Positions 24,744-36,232 of a DNA stretch of 64,000 nucleotides are shown here, one piece after another. The DNA is taken from positions 170,624,001-170,688,000 of the forward strand of contig NC_042999.1 of NCBI RefSeq assembly GCF_006345805.1, written 5' to 3'. Under the pieces are notes generated by a model, which searched no databases, had not been told where the DNA came from, and was given only the letters and a program-made list of their open reading frames with translations. Origin of the DNA: Octopus sinensis. Lineage: Eukaryota. Position numbers and translations under genes: made by a program. The stretch's first letter is position 1, and each line of letters starts with the position of its first letter.

Positions 24744-27700
24744 TTTTATTATAGTATGAGAGAATTTTATGCACTGGTTCAACCCTGGCTTTTGAAAAAC
24801 TTTGAAGATCAAGGTTCGTATCCATGGAAAGTTTCCGAAGCAGACTTACTGGGTAATAAGATGAAAGTAAGTTCATCCTTTTATAATTTATCAATTTATC
24901 CTAATATCAACAGAAAGAATTATTTTTTTGCCTTAATATTTTTTCCATTAAAATGAGAAGTGAGGTAAGATTTCCGCCTTACGTAAAATGTTTGCTATGA
25001 ATTCACATAAATACGACATTCGCACTCCCCCCCCCCCAGTGGTTGTGTGTTTAGATACATCAGAAGAAGTGCGATTGCATAAACGGAACCCAGCTATATT
25101 CTGTCAGTGATTTACGCTCTAAATAAGCGTAAACATGACTGAGTGGTTCAATGATTCCCTTTCTCTTCACTGCTGTGTGGATTCGAGTCCAATCTCAAGA
25201 GGCTGCTGTCCTATGCTATAACTTCAGAACAACCAAAGCTTTAAAAGACGGAAGCACTATGGAAGCCTGTCAGACATTATTTCTGTTTTATTTCTGTTGT
25301 ATTTAATCTGTCGCCATGTCTAATGCTACAATCTGGCTTCGGTGCTTTTAATGTAGGACATATTGCAAGCATTTCGGTTTCTTTCTTCTCAGAGGTCATG
25401 GTTGTTCTCTGACTGTACAACCAGCTTTCCCCGTGGGTAAAGCTGGTAATATGTACCATGCTTTAGCTAATTATTTCAGAAACCATTATATATGTAGAAG
25501 AAAAGAAATATAACCCATGTATGTGTTTTAATAGGCAAAATGGCCTTCTCATATAAAAACGAAAACTTAAAAACTTTCTTCTCTTTTTATGTTGTTAGAC
25601 TTACAGACACGTCAAATTGCATGAGATGCTTCAAGAACATTCCAAGACTGCAAGACTTGTAGTTTTGTAAGTATCCTGTATGATTTTGTGACGATTCCGC
25701 TAGATCATATTCCTCTCTGTTTGAAATGTTAACATAATTCCGTTAAACAATTAAATCCCATTTTACAGATTAATTCTTTTTAAATATATAATTACAATTA
25801 AAGAAGACATCACCTAATTTCACCACTCTTGTGAGTGAAAATGGTAGACAGAAATTGAAGAAGCCTGTCATTTATAAATATATATATATATGGTGTACGT
25901 GTGTGCGAGTTTTCTCCTTGTCTTTGTGTTTCCTGACTGAAACAAAACCAACAGCCTCGTTTTCAACACAGGTGGGGTCGTGTCTTTGCAGACAATTGCG
26001 AACGTCTGTCCGGGTTTTCTGACATGTTTTGAGATGTGCGAGGTCCCGGCTGTTCATTGCTCAACAAACTAGGGGATTATTATCTTGCATGGAAACAGTT
26101 GAGGGTTGGCAACAGGAAGGGCACGCGGCTGCAGAAAATAAAATCTGCCTCAACGAATTCTGTCTGACCCATGCAAGCGTAGAAAAGTGGACGTTAAAAC
26201 GATGCCATTGCAGGAGCCTTTACCTAGTTGCTTAATTTGCTAGTGATAACAGCTAAATCTCACCAAAATAAGAGCATGTAAAAAATATTGTCCTACAAAG
26301 AGAGAAAAAGACGAGATGGGCACGGTTGGAATACTTATAATTATAGGTGTGCTTGATGTGGGCTGACCTAGGGTTAGAAAAATAATGGCTGCGTGTATAC
26401 ACTGAGAAAATAATTCTTCTATTGGATTATTGGTTGGTCTGCGGCCAAGCTGTGGCACTGTCTTTAAGGACTTTTAGTCGATCACATCAACACTGGTACT
26501 TACTTTTGCAGTAGCTACTTATTTTATCAATACCCATTTATCAAATTGCTTAGTCGTAGGGCATGAAAGAGTACAACGTAAATGACATTGGCGTTTTCAC
26601 TGTTACAAACACATTGTGTGTGTGTGTGCGCGCGTCACTCACACACATATACACAAACGTGCATATATAGCGATGGTTGGAAAACAAGAGTTTTCAAAAG
26701 CATAAATGGGGAAGGATTTTTGATTTCACCTGTGTGTGTGTGTTGTTTAATAGTTTATGGTATTCACAACAGGTGGAAATGTTTGTGCAATAATCTCAAT
26801 GGATCTAACAGTCTGAATAGCTAAGAACGTAACGACTTCTGATTTGAAACGAGGATTATACCCGAAGATCTGTCAACGGCTTATTTTATGGACATAATTT
26901 ACTTCCTCGTTAAAACCACTTCTAAAATTTCATTGTAGCATGAAATGGTTTCATTGCATATGAAGATTGTGAGGAGACTCAAAGAAATGTCTTTCTAAAG
27001 GTGTGATAACGGGATTTGTCGATGTATTTTAGCTTTCAGTTGGCTTTTTTCTTTCGTAGAAGAGTGCGAAAAATGGGGGAAACATTCAAGAAATTAAGTA
27101 TATTTAGATGATCTTGTATAATAGAAAATCCGAGTTAAAAACTTAATGTTTTTGGAATCAAAAGGTGGAATGTTGGTTTAGGCTTCTCAGAAGTTTCAGC
27201 TCATCATCTCTATATAATCCACCGGAGACTAAGGGAAATTTACCGTGTAGAATATATAGCCCGATAATGTCACTAATCTTCAAAGAATCTGTAGCCCTAA
27301 TATTTACATCGAAGGACTCAGGGTTAGGATTTTTTATCATGATGGTATTATTATGTAAGAGAACAGATGTTTTATTTTTTAGCTTATGATATCATATTTA
27401 ATAGATTTAGTAGTGATAAAATGTCTAGTGGCAATATGATATTGAACTGGAAGAAGTGTCGTTCGTATTTATTGCTGTACGACTGGAACAAATTAGTGAC
27501 GGAATTATATTGTTCCAAAAAGGTAGAAAAGAAACATTAATTTTAAGAACCATAGAAACTGAAAGAGTTTTGCCAAGGCCAGATTTTAGATACTTAATTA
27601 GTTTAGAAGATATTAAGTAGGTTAAGTTGAAGTTATGGTTCTTAAACGCAAGTTGTGTTTCTGGCACCAGAGGACATCTGTTTTATCTTGTATGTTGACT

Positions 27701-28554
27701 ACTATGAAAATACATTTTTTGTCGAAATGCTGGATGGTAAATATTCTTTTTAAATATGTGTCGGATAAGAATCAGTGACAAGTTTGTTTATTCAGTTCAT
27801 AAATGTTTTGTTCGAATGTACATAGTGATCTGTTTAATTTTAAAAACGACCCTGAAAGGCAGTTAGAAACGTTCTTCAAGTTACCCATCACTTATATCTT
27901 AGCAGCAAATTCCATACCCGACTATCATGAACTTATATAGCATAACTTTTATGTAATTTGTATGTGTGCGTACATGTGTATGTTTGTGTATATGTACCTA
28001 TATGTGTATAATAATACATATATATAATGAATGCACATACATATTCAAAAGAGGTGTGGAAGGTACACGCATTTGGTAAGTTAAGCGAAGAAATTTCCAT
28101 ATGTTCTTTCAGTCGGTTCTGATTCTAATGGCATATTTAGAGTTCTTTCTGTTTGTATCAACAGGAGTGGCATAACTTTTCTAAATACATTCATTCATAT
28201 TTCATTGCTATCATATTTTTAGCAGCTGCATAGAACGCTTACGAAGGGATGCTTATTTCTTATAAAGCAAAGCAAGGCAAGTCGAGTTATGTACCTTGTA
28301 TGAATACGTCAGACTCCAGCTTTCTTCTCCTCTTTGTTCCTATATGGTTTGGTGGAACCAACAAAATCAGCCATCCCTAACTTCATAGGGGGTAAGAGGT
28401 CTGTTTATATATTTAGGCAAATCAAACTCTTATTACACTGAGTTGCCTGAAGATCCTGTGAAACTCAGAATAGCAAAGAGGCTGATTCGATCAAAATAGA
28501 ATACATTATTAATCTCTATCATGGTAATCAGTAGTGTTTCTTTTTTCTGATAGT

Positions 28555-28587
<33 letters not shown>

Positions 28588-30262
28588 ACACACACACACA
28601 TATATATATATATAAATATCGGAGACCCCCTTCGGTCACGAATGACCATGGGTTTGCACCTAGAAAGTTACCCTCCGAGGCACATGGAAGACCAGCAGTC
28701 GGCCATGTATACCAGCCTCCCTTCTCCACGCCACCGATATCTTCCAAGGGAATGGCAAAGGGGCCGATACAGCTTGGCACCAGCGATGTCGTAACTCATT
28801 TCTAGAGCTGAGTGAACTGGAGCAACGTGAAATAAAGTGTCTTGTTCAAGAACTCAACACGCAGCCCGGTCTGGGATTCGAACTCCCAACTTCACGGTCG
28901 TAAGTTCGACGCTCTAACCACTGAGCCATGCGCCTTCTCTCTCTATATATATGCACACACACACACACACACCACACACACACATATATATATATATACA
29001 CACACACACATGTATATGCATAGGGGGGGACCGGAGCCACGCGAAATTAAGGGTTTTGCCCAAACATACAAGGTGTCGCCCAGTCAGTGGATCGAACCCA
29101 CGATCTACCAATCGTGTGTGCAGCATCCTAACCACTAGGCCACACGCCTTCACGCTAATCTAATATCCTTATTTAATCGTGACTTTTTTTTGTTTGCTAC
29201 CAGGACAGCACTTCAAAAAGTAGCGGAATAAATTCTTGGCCTTCGGCAAAATGTGAAAGCCCGATGGTAATATTTAAAAAAGCACCGTGTGTATGTAATG
29301 TATATACCGCAAATCCTCGAGTATAGTCCGCCCTTGAGCATAATACGCAGGGGATTTTTAGGGGGCTGTACCTCTGAAAAGCCTAAACCTTGTGTATAAT
29401 ACGCACCCCTTCTCTAACTTGAGTCAAGGAGGTCTATATAACGTCCTTGGTTTGTAAAACTGTATACGGTAACATCCTTTATTATTATTGTATATATAAC
29501 ATAATGCAAACGTGTAGCTTTTTTGTTTGCAGAAAATAAAGAAATAAAGAAATAAAGTAATAACGTTTAATAAATGTTGCTTATTGCAAGTTATGGATGA
29601 TTCTTTTATGACTTCATTGCTTTCAGGCTTAGCTTAAGGTATTTTTGCGCCTGAAATCACAAAATGCGTCTGAATAAACATTGCCGGACAGCAAATAGAG
29701 ACTCGGACATTGCTTAGAGAATAATTTTCATTTTTAACCTCGTATATAGTATGCACTAGGGATTTTGGCCTTTAAATTTTTGGGGAAAAATGCGGATTAT
29801 ACTCGAGGATTTACGGTATGCATGTAATGTAACATTATGTATGTATGTATTCATGTATGTATGTATGTATACGATCAAACAGTCCAAACTGACTGGTGTT
29901 GGTCTGTGTCGGCAATACTTGCAATACTTAGTAAAAAAAACTTTTTAAAGTAGCGTGAACTTGCCGTCGAGAGTGGAAAACCTGACGTTTCGTACCGTCC
30001 GTCTTCACAGAAAAGTTGACAGGAAAGAAATGATTTACGTATGCTTTCTTTATTTACTTATTTCTTTATTTATACAAATCAATTGAGTAACATGATGATA
30101 TTTCTCCCGTTTATTTATTCCCACAGAACGTTACCAGTGCCACGGAAGAACACTTGTCCGGCCGGTCTCTACATGAGTTGGCTTGAAACGATTACGAAAG
30201 ACATGCCTTCAATTTTATTGCTTCGTGGTAACCAGCAAAGTGTCTTGACGTACTACGCCTGA
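7794..30262 (+). CDS. SLC12A2: Na-K-2Cl cotransporter (NKCC/NCC clade of SLC12), 3' part: 13 exons join(7794-7895,10876-11031,12987-13086,15097-15208,15736-15870,17328-17434,18906-19033,19909-20172,21269-21383,22025-22111,24755-24866,25599-25666,30127-30262); 5' exons lie upstream of the window
   Basis: Manually spliced exons total 1622 nt with matching phases and no stop until TGA 30260-30262. The translation has NKCC hallmarks: [98 protein letters not shown]. Orthology among SLC12A1/2/3 cannot be resolved by eye. Confidence 0.93.
8241..8415 (-). mobile_element. SINE family E copy (internally deleted)
   Basis: matches 20815-21079 and 37370-37480; on - the head reads aatgggccagtggttagggcagcggac. 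Confidence 0.75.
10085..10712 (+). mobile_element. Penelope-like element 3' end: degenerate GIY-YIG endonuclease plus pseudo-LTR carrying a tRNA-like segment and a degenerate hammerhead
   Basis: [50 protein letters not shown]; A/B boxes 10517-10570; ACAC-CTGAAGA..GAAACATT-GTGT 10597-10632. Confidence 0.8.
10876..11031 (+). CDS. SLC12A2: NKCC-like exon B (TM11-12): [52 protein letters not shown]
   Basis: cacag acceptor, gtaaag donor; phase 1/1. Confidence 0.95.
11145..11400 (+). mobile_element. SINE family A copy, diverged
   Basis: ggcggttcgggcaaagagaccgat..catggccgcagtgcagtaactgaaacaag. Confidence 0.7.
11965..12357 (-). mobile_element. SINE family A copy with internal (TA)n
   Basis: reverse complement of the family: ggagtggctgtgtggtaagtagcttg..gggcaagtg..ggtagacggaaactgaaagaagcccgtcg..aaggcggtgctccag. 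Confidence 0.85.
12724..12984 (+). mobile_element. SINE family B copy flanked by (ATT)n, abutting the exon C acceptor
   Basis: aaggcggcgagctggcagaatcgttag..gagttcaaattcc (B box)..gcctttcatcct..ggccttgtgcct..(ATT)n. Confidence 0.85.
12987..13086 (+). CDS. SLC12A2: NKCC-like exon C: [34 protein letters not shown]
   Basis: tatag acceptor after (ATT)n, gtgag donor; phase 1/2. Confidence 0.95.
14094..14450 (-). mobile_element. SINE family A copy
   Basis: reverse-complement similarity to 35170-35577. Confidence 0.75.
14570..14968. mobile_element. Two SINE family B copies, tail-to-tail (14570-14708 +, 14757-14968 -)
   Basis: ctttcatcctttcggggtcga..ggcctcgtgccaaaa versus ttttggcacaaggcc..tcgaacccgaaaggatgaaaggc; the - copy is flanked by tgtgtgaat repeats. 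Confidence 0.8.
15097..15208 (+). CDS. SLC12A2: NKCC-like exon D: [38 protein letters not shown]
   Basis: tttcag acceptor, gtaatc donor; phase 2/0. Confidence 0.95.
15736..15870 (+). CDS. SLC12A2: NKCC-like exon E: [45 protein letters not shown]
   Basis: long poly-pyrimidine tract plus cag, gtaaat donor; phase 0/0; W..RKIKAFY motif. Confidence 0.93.
17328..17434 (+). CDS. SLC12A2: NKCC-like exon F: [36 protein letters not shown]
   Basis: tttttag acceptor, gtgagt donor; phase 0/2; GLGKLxPNT..GFK..W motif. Confidence 0.95.
17582..17900 (+). mobile_element. SINE with family A head and a different body
   Basis: aagcttgcttcccaaccatatgg..caagtattctctact..aaagccttgtgagtggat..aagaagcc. Confidence 0.65.
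17985..18265 (+). mobile_element. Probable RTE-type LINE 5'UTR fragment
   Basis: GC-rich island ctgacgtagtccaaaggagtgc..tttggtaccagcttggttgcaggagctgccggaag..cactccggattt, resembling RTE 5' ends from recall; not confirmed by search. Confidence 0.45.
18906..19033 (+). CDS. SLC12A2: NKCC-like exon G: [43 protein letters not shown]
   Basis: tatag acceptor; DAFD..YGV.ILR...G.D motif; donor AG/gtgtgt at 19034 inferred from the phase of the next exon. Confidence 0.85.
19909..20172 (+). CDS. SLC12A2: NKCC-like exon H: [11 protein letters not shown]...[17 protein letters not shown]
   Basis: T-rich tract plus AAG acceptor; ends at AG/gcaagt (GC donor); [12 protein letters not shown] motif. Confidence 0.85.
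20815..21079 (-). mobile_element. SINE family E copy (tRNA-derived)
   Basis: on -: tggctcagtgtttagggcagcggactcgcg..ggtttcgattcccagaccgggcg (A and B boxes). Confidence 0.85.
21269..21383 (+). CDS. SLC12A2: NKCC-like exon I: [39 protein letters not shown]
   Basis: tgcag acceptor, gtaag donor; phase 1/2. Confidence 0.95.
22025..22111 (+). CDS. SLC12A2: NKCC-like exon J: [30 protein letters not shown]
   Basis: ctaacag acceptor, gtaag donor; phase 2/2; LLSKFRID motif. Confidence 0.95.
22691..23807 (+). repeat. Two tandem ~550 bp copies of an interspersed repeat (22691-23235, 23255-23807) embedded in (ATT)n
   Basis: highly similar units gagtgag..gcatgccatcaaagtgacactggg..ctggtactgcatcaggg; third copy at 60626-60965 on -. 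Confidence 0.9.
23847..24740 (+). mobile_element. Cluster of SINE family B copies (internally duplicated 23847-24400; 24496-24740) separated by (ACT)n and (ATT)n
   Basis: repeated gcggcgagctggcagaa, gagttcaaattcc and aagtaccagttacgcactgggg blocks. Confidence 0.85.
24755..24866 (+). CDS. SLC12A2: NKCC-like exon K: [38 protein letters not shown]
   Basis: tatag acceptor, gtaag donor; phase 2/0; PWK(I/V) motif. Confidence 0.92.
25599..25666 (+). CDS. SLC12A2: NKCC-like exon L: [23 protein letters not shown]
   Basis: ttag acceptor, gtaag donor; phase 0/2; TYR..L.E.L.EHS..A.L motif. Confidence 0.93.
26880..27900 (-). pseudogene. Highly decayed Penelope-like reverse transcriptase
   Basis: ORF 27158-27340 [32 protein letters not shown] resembles the PLE RT motifs FDVTMG..D...ELVGLYIL and GLYRDDGL; boundaries approximate. 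Confidence 0.6.
28620..28935 (-). mobile_element. tRNA-derived SINE family D
   Basis: on -: ggcgcatggctcagtggttagagcgtcg..gagttcgaatcccagaccggg; related heads at 29030-29152 and 33890-34000. Confidence 0.8.
29307..29816. mobile_element. Tc1/mariner-pogo type MITE
   Basis: TIRs CCGCAAATCCTCGAGTATAGTCCGC / GCGGATTATACTCGAGGATTTACGG with flanking TA duplication. Confidence 0.88.
30127..30262 (+). CDS. SLC12A2: NKCC-like terminal exon: [45 protein letters not shown]
   Basis: cacag acceptor; canonical SLC12 C-terminus; TGA stop. Confidence 0.96.
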
Positions 30263-30472
30263 TCATATTACATCACTCAGTCAGTCTGTCAATAACTCCT
30301 CTCAGATTTGGGGCTTTTCGCTAGATCCATTTATTACTCTACGTTTCAAACAAGCTAATACGACATCCCTGAATTTGAAAATGAAAAATATTTTAACAGA
30401 ATTTTACTTACCCTAATTTTAGTGATTTTAAAACCCCAACAAAAACGGGCATTTTATGACAACGATAATAAT

Positions 30473-30478
30473 AATAAA
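30473..30478 (+). terminator. Candidate polyadenylation signal of the NKCC-like gene
   Basis: AATAAA about 210 nt after the stop; position only, and the context is AT-rich. Confidence 0.35.
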
Positions 30479-30891
30479 GATTAAGAAAAAAACCCAAAGA
30501 GAAAAATACAGTTTTCTCTCCAGAATCCAAGTTTTATTTTGTATCTTTGTATTTTAACAAGACTGTTGTAAAATGTTTTATATTCACATTTTGTATAAAA
30601 AAAAAGAAAACAACAAAGAAAGCCAGACATATTTAGACCACTTATTTGTGTATATATACTTAAGGAATGTTTATTTCACGATGTCTAAAGAAAACAAGAG
30701 AGAAAGAAAATTCAATAATTTTTCCTTTTTTCTTCGAGTGTATCAAAGTGCGCCTGCGCGCGTCTTTATTGACAATTCACAATTTTATTCACATTTATCT
30801 ATGTCCAAATCTTTCTTGCTTTTTTCATTGATATTAATTTCAATAATAATAATAATTATAATTATTATTATTATTATTATTATTATTATAG

Positions 30892-31326
30892 TAAGGCGGT
30901 GAGCTGGCAGAATCGCTAGCGCGCCGGACGAAATGTTTAGCTACGTTCTAAGTTCAAATTCCGCCGGGGCTAGCTTTGCCTTTCATCCTTTCGGAGTCGA
31001 TAAATTAAGTACCAGTGAAACACTGGGGTCGGTGTAATCGACTTATCCCCTCGCACCAAAATGTCAGGCTTTGTACTTTTAGTCGAAAGGATTAATATTA
31101 TTATAATCCAGAAGGCAGCGAGCAGGCTGAATCGTTAACATGTCGGACAAAATACTTAGCGGCATTTCGTCCGTTTTTACATTTTAAGTACAAATACCGC
31201 GGTGGTCGACCTTTCCTGTTATCTTAGATGCTCGATAAGATATGTACCAGTCAAGTACTGGGATCGATGGAACCGACTTCCATTTCCCCCCAAAACTGCT
31301 GGCCCTGAACCAAAATTTGAAACCAT
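30892..31326 (+). mobile_element. Two tandem SINE family B copies
   Basis: aaggcggtgagctggcagaatcg.. and aaggcagcgagcaggctgaatcg.. Confidence 0.8.
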
Positions 31327-32039
31327 TTTAACAATAATTCAGATTTGGATGATCAAATGACATTTCAGTTCTATTTCGTAGTTTTTAAACATTTTTTGCT
31401 GTAGATTTTTCCATTTTCTTTCTTCTCACTTCCATTTTATTATATCCAACAAAGAAACAAACCTCCTTAACCATTTCATTTTGTATATTTAATCTTTTAT
31501 TTTAGTTTTTTTTAATATATATATTATGATATGTATACAATGAAATATATAAAATACAATAAAAAAACAACACAAAAACGTATCAAGTCTCATCATTCTT
31601 CTCTTGGAACTTCCCATTAAATCAAACAATCGATGTATGTGCTTATGGGGCCCTTTCTTGCCCCTACTCCACCAACTCTGCTGCACCCCATGGTTCGACT
31701 TTGTCCCCACTCTTCCTTCTATAAATCAGTGAAATATTTACTGTTATGCCTAAACACGTCTTCCTTTAGGCAGTTGATACGACTTTTCATTCTTCCCTCG
31801 CCTTTCACAAACATGCATTATCCATGTGCCACCAAATCGCCATGTGCCAAACCTGCACTGATTCCATGGAGAGAGATCTCGAAAATATTCGCATCGTGGA
31901 TGGATATTTTGGAAGTCTCTGGTCATGGAATCAGCCAAAGAAAAAATACTATCGCTTCTTTTTAACAACCCAAAAGAAGAAAAACTATTCATGTCAACAG
32001 GAAAGAAACAAAAAAGATATCGTATCAGTCACCCATTAA

Positions 32040-32325
32040 ACAAGAACGGTTCGCAACCACATGGTTTCGGATTCAGTCCCACTGCGTAGCACCTTGGGCA
32101 AGTATCTTCTACTATAGCCTCGAGCCGACCAAAGCCTTGTGAGTGGATTTGGTAGACAGAAACTGAAAGAAGCCCATCGTATATATGGAACTCGACTGAG
32201 GATAGAAAGCTCCGAATGACACGTCCTTGTTTTCTTTGTATCGTCTGTCTGGATGTTTTGCGTTCTGGTCCCATTTCTTATTTTTTTATATATAAAAAAT
32301 ATAGCGGCGTATCTACACTTTGGAC

Positions 32326-32383
<58 letters not shown>

Positions 32384-32384
32384 G

Positions 32385-32416
<32 letters not shown>

Positions 32417-32720
32417 TGTATATATATATGTATGTATGTATATATATGTATGTATGTATATATATATATATGTATGTATATGTATGTATGTATGTATATG
32501 TATATATATGTATGTATATATGTATGTGTATATATATATATAGTGTGTGTGTGTTTGGAACACCACCATTCCTTGACAACCGATGTTGGTGTGTTCACGT
32601 CCCCGTAACTTAGCGGTTCGACAAAAGAGAACGATAGAATAAGTCCTGGGGTCGATTTGTTCGACTAAAGGCGATGCTCCAGCATGGCCGCAGTGAAATG
32701 ACTGAAACAAATAAAAAAGA
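32040..32720 (+). mobile_element. SINE family A copy with expanded internal (TA)/(TATG) microsatellite
   Basis: head caaccacatggtttcggattcagtcccactgcg; tail aaggcgatgctccagcatggccgcagtgaaatgactgaaacaa. Confidence 0.85.
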
Positions 32721-32839
32721 AAAAAGAACTAAAGCTCCACCAAGTGTTGGGCCTCAGGATGACTGAGAAACCTGGGTCAAATCCCATTTTTGATATTAGC
32801 AAGGACCGCTTCCCAAAGACTCATTTCTTTCGGACGAGA

Positions 32840-32888
<49 letters not shown>

Positions 32889-34120
32889 ACCCTCACACGT
32901 CTGGGTCGGCGTGCTGCAGATGCACATTGAGATATTTTAGATCGTATCTACCCAAAGTCCATTCAACTGATTGTTATAAGGTTATTTGGAGGTGCAATTC
33001 AGCCGGCAGCCATGACGTTTCCCCCGCTTATCTTTTCCGCTGCTACCAACTCCAATAACGCATTTCAGCTGACTTGTCGCTCCTCCTCCCACCACCCATG
33101 TTGTGTCAAACCTTTCCTCGCGCCTCCGACACCTCATGCGTAATCCCTCCTCCCCTGAATGTTAATCCCTCCAGAAGTCCATTCAACCTTATTCATGTCT
33201 TTGTGTCGACAGCTTAAGTGGAATATGAATGACGTCAGTTCAATTCTCGGAGAGCGTGCAAGGGCCATGGACATTGTCCCTTACTTAGTACCCAACAAGT
33301 AAAAATGTTTCTCGAAGATTTCCTTATATATTAAGGATTCTTTTTCAAACTGAAAAATAAGCGTGGATGTGAGGTAAAATTCCCTTCGCGATCAGATTTC
33401 GCTGGGCGACTCCTTGGGTGGGTGTCTTTTGCAGTAGACTTGGCTTGACTTACGCACTGCACATAAGTCCATCAAGTAAAAATAAGAGCTAGAGCTACAA
33501 CTGCAAGTCGTCTCGTCCGATGCTCTATTAATTCTGCCAATCCACTGCTCTGGATTGCTACTTTATTTTATCGACCCCCCAAAAGAATGAAAGCCAAAAG
33601 TCGACCTTTGTGAAATCCGAGTACAAAGAATCAGATCAAATACTTCATGATGTTCTATCTGAGATTAAAAGCTCTGCTGACTTACTATTCATGTAATTGT
33701 TGTGTGACCTTCACCGTGGTTAATCAACCAATCTCAACATGCTGGGATTCACGGCACGGGATGTACTTCCGATCGCTGAATACAAAACGCGGTTCATGAG
33801 ACCTCCGTTCGGGTGATTTTTCTGGGTTACCATCTCACACTTGTACGCCAATACATCGTAAGGTTACCGATTTGTAGTTGACTGGACTGAAGCTACGTGA
33901 AGTCAAGTGTTTTGTTGAAGAACACAACGCTCAACCGGTTTGGGAATCGAAATCACGATCTCGCGATCCCGAGTGCAACAGCCTAACCACTGGGCCATTA
34001 CCTTAGTAGGCACTCTTAGATTGGTCAGATGAATGCAGCTAATATTGAGTTTAAACCTGAATAGGCTGACGCCTACTGGGAAAACAATGGCCTGAATGGA
34101 ACCAAGAGGAGGCTTCTAAT

Positions 34121-34660
34121 ATACGGGATGCTCGGATTAAATTTGACACTTTACGTAAGAGAAAAAGTAAACAATATCCCACCCTCAAATAAAAGATTAT
34201 GGCTGGAAGATAACAGTTGACTCAAAGTAGCCGCCCTCAGCTTCCACCACAACCTAAAGACGGCTCTGGAAGTTGGCGCAAGCGTTCCTCACTGTATTCC
34301 GTCGAAGACCTTCGAACATCTCCTTAATCTTGTCTCGAAACTTCGAATATCCCCTTGATCTCGGCCACCAGCTCCGCCTTTCTGTTGTAGGCAGAACAGT
34401 CGGTGTCTTTGTCAGTAGCACTCCACATATAGTAATGCATTGGGGGAATTAGGAAACCAGAAATTTGGGCTAGCGAAGTCGTAGAAATTCTACGACAACC
34501 ATTTCTAAGTTTTCCTACAGGTATGGCAAGGGGCCGAATCCTGCTGCCACACACATAGAGCCTTTCAGCAGCATCCTTCACCAGTCAGAGTTTGACCACA
34601 ACCTCTGATAGCTTCACATAGCCGCCTCAATTGAGCCTAACGTCCTGTTCACATATATTG
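34121..34660 (-). mobile_element. Tc1/maT-like transposase 3' remnant
   Basis: on -: FWFPNSP..MHYYMW..NRKAELVAEIKGIF..VRNACANFQSRL.VVVEAEGGYFE, a typical Tc1/DD37D-type C-terminus. Confidence 0.65.
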
Positions 34661-34696
34661 CACTACAAATTTATATATATATATACATATATATAA

Positions 34697-35107
34697 AGTT
34701 GACTTACGACCACAACTGGTTCCGACTGATTGGTCGTGAGTCGGCCTATAGGCCTACATAACTTTGTTTCATATTTTACATTCTTAAGGTAGATTCCCAG
34801 GTAAAAGTTACATACAGCATTCTCTGTTATTTTGTTCGGAGTCTTAAACAGTCGTCTAATAAACAAATACGAGGTTGCCTCGATGTCTCCGCGAAAGGAT
34901 ATTCATCCAACACTTGGCGATCGAAAACCAAACCTAGGGTAAGTGTTTGTTAACTGGTGACACGCAGAGACGGGTTAATTTCTGAGAATTTAAACCCCAT
35001 TAAATTTCAACCGGGCTATATATTATTGCTGCCGGAAGCAGACGCGCCAATCGTCGTAAAGTCGAAGAGTCGTAAGTCGGGCAGGTCGTAAGTCGACGAC
35101 GACCTGT
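34697..35107. mobile_element. Tigger/pogo-like MITE, left end decayed
   Basis: gttgacttacgacc at left versus ggtcgtaagtcgacgacgacctg at right. Confidence 0.55.
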
Positions 35108-35137
35108 GTATCTGTGTGTGTTTGTGTGAGTGTGTAT

Positions 35138-35169
<32 letters not shown>

Positions 35170-35334
35170 AAGCGTGACTGTATGATAAGACGCTTTCTTC
35201 TCACACACATAGTTACGGGTTCAATGCTACTGCGTAGCACCTTTGGCAAGAGTTTTTTTACTATACACTCTTCGGGCAGACTAAAGCCTTGTGAGTGGAT
35301 TTGGTAGACGGATACAGAAAGATGGATATGTATA

Positions 35335-35365
<31 letters not shown>

Positions 35366-35577
35366 ATATTTGTGTGTCTGTGTTTGTCCCCCGACATCGC
35401 TTGACAACCGATGCTGTTGTGTTTATGTCCCCGTAACTTAGCGGTTCGGCAAAAGATACCGATAGAATAAGTACTAGTATCACAAAGAATAAGTCCTGGG
35501 GTCGATTTGCTCGAGTAAAGGCGGTGCTCCAGCATGGCCACAGTCAAATGGCTGAAACAAGTAAAATAGTAAAAGAA
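35170..35577 (+). mobile_element. SINE family A copy
   Basis: full head, microsatellite, body and tail (aaggcggtgctccagcatggccacagtcaaatggctgaaacaag). Confidence 0.85.
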
Positions 35578-36102
35578 TATGTATATATGTATATATATAT
35601 ATATATATATATTATATATGTATTTTTATATATATGTATGTATATATATATGTATGTATATATATATATATAAATATATATATATAAATAATATATAATA
35701 TATATGTATGATATATTATATATTATATATGTATATATATATTGTATATATATATATGTATGTATATATATATATGTATGTATATATTTATATGTATGTA
35801 TATATTTATATGTATGTATATATGTATATGTATATATGTATGTAGATATTATATGTATGTATATATGTATATATATGTATGTATAATATATAGCATATAT
35901 ATATGTATATATATATATATATAATATATATATATAAATATATATCTAAATATATATGTATGTATATATATATATATATATATATGTATATAATATAGTT
36001 GTATATATATATATGTATGTATATATATATATGTATGTATATATTATATGTATGTATATATTATATGTATGTATATATGTATATGTATATATGTATGTGA
36101 TA

Positions 36103-36144
<42 letters not shown>

Positions 36145-36149
36145 ATATA

Positions 36150-36203
<54 letters not shown>

Positions 36204-36228
36204 TGTGTGTGTGTGTGTGTGTGTTGTA
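35578..36228. repeat. (TA)n/(TATG)n microsatellite array
   Basis: direct reading. Confidence 0.95.
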
Positions 36229-36232
36229 TACA

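Noticed and set aside
28860-28935. tRNA-like cloverleafs (also 21000-21079, 41906-41944, 10511-10580)
   Set aside because: No proper acceptor stem, and they continue into repeat bodies; SINE or PLE parts rather than tRNA genes
31560-32020. Higher-complexity segment with short ORFs on both strands (also 6660-7110)
   Set aside because: No recognisable domain; probably old LINE debris but cannot be assigned
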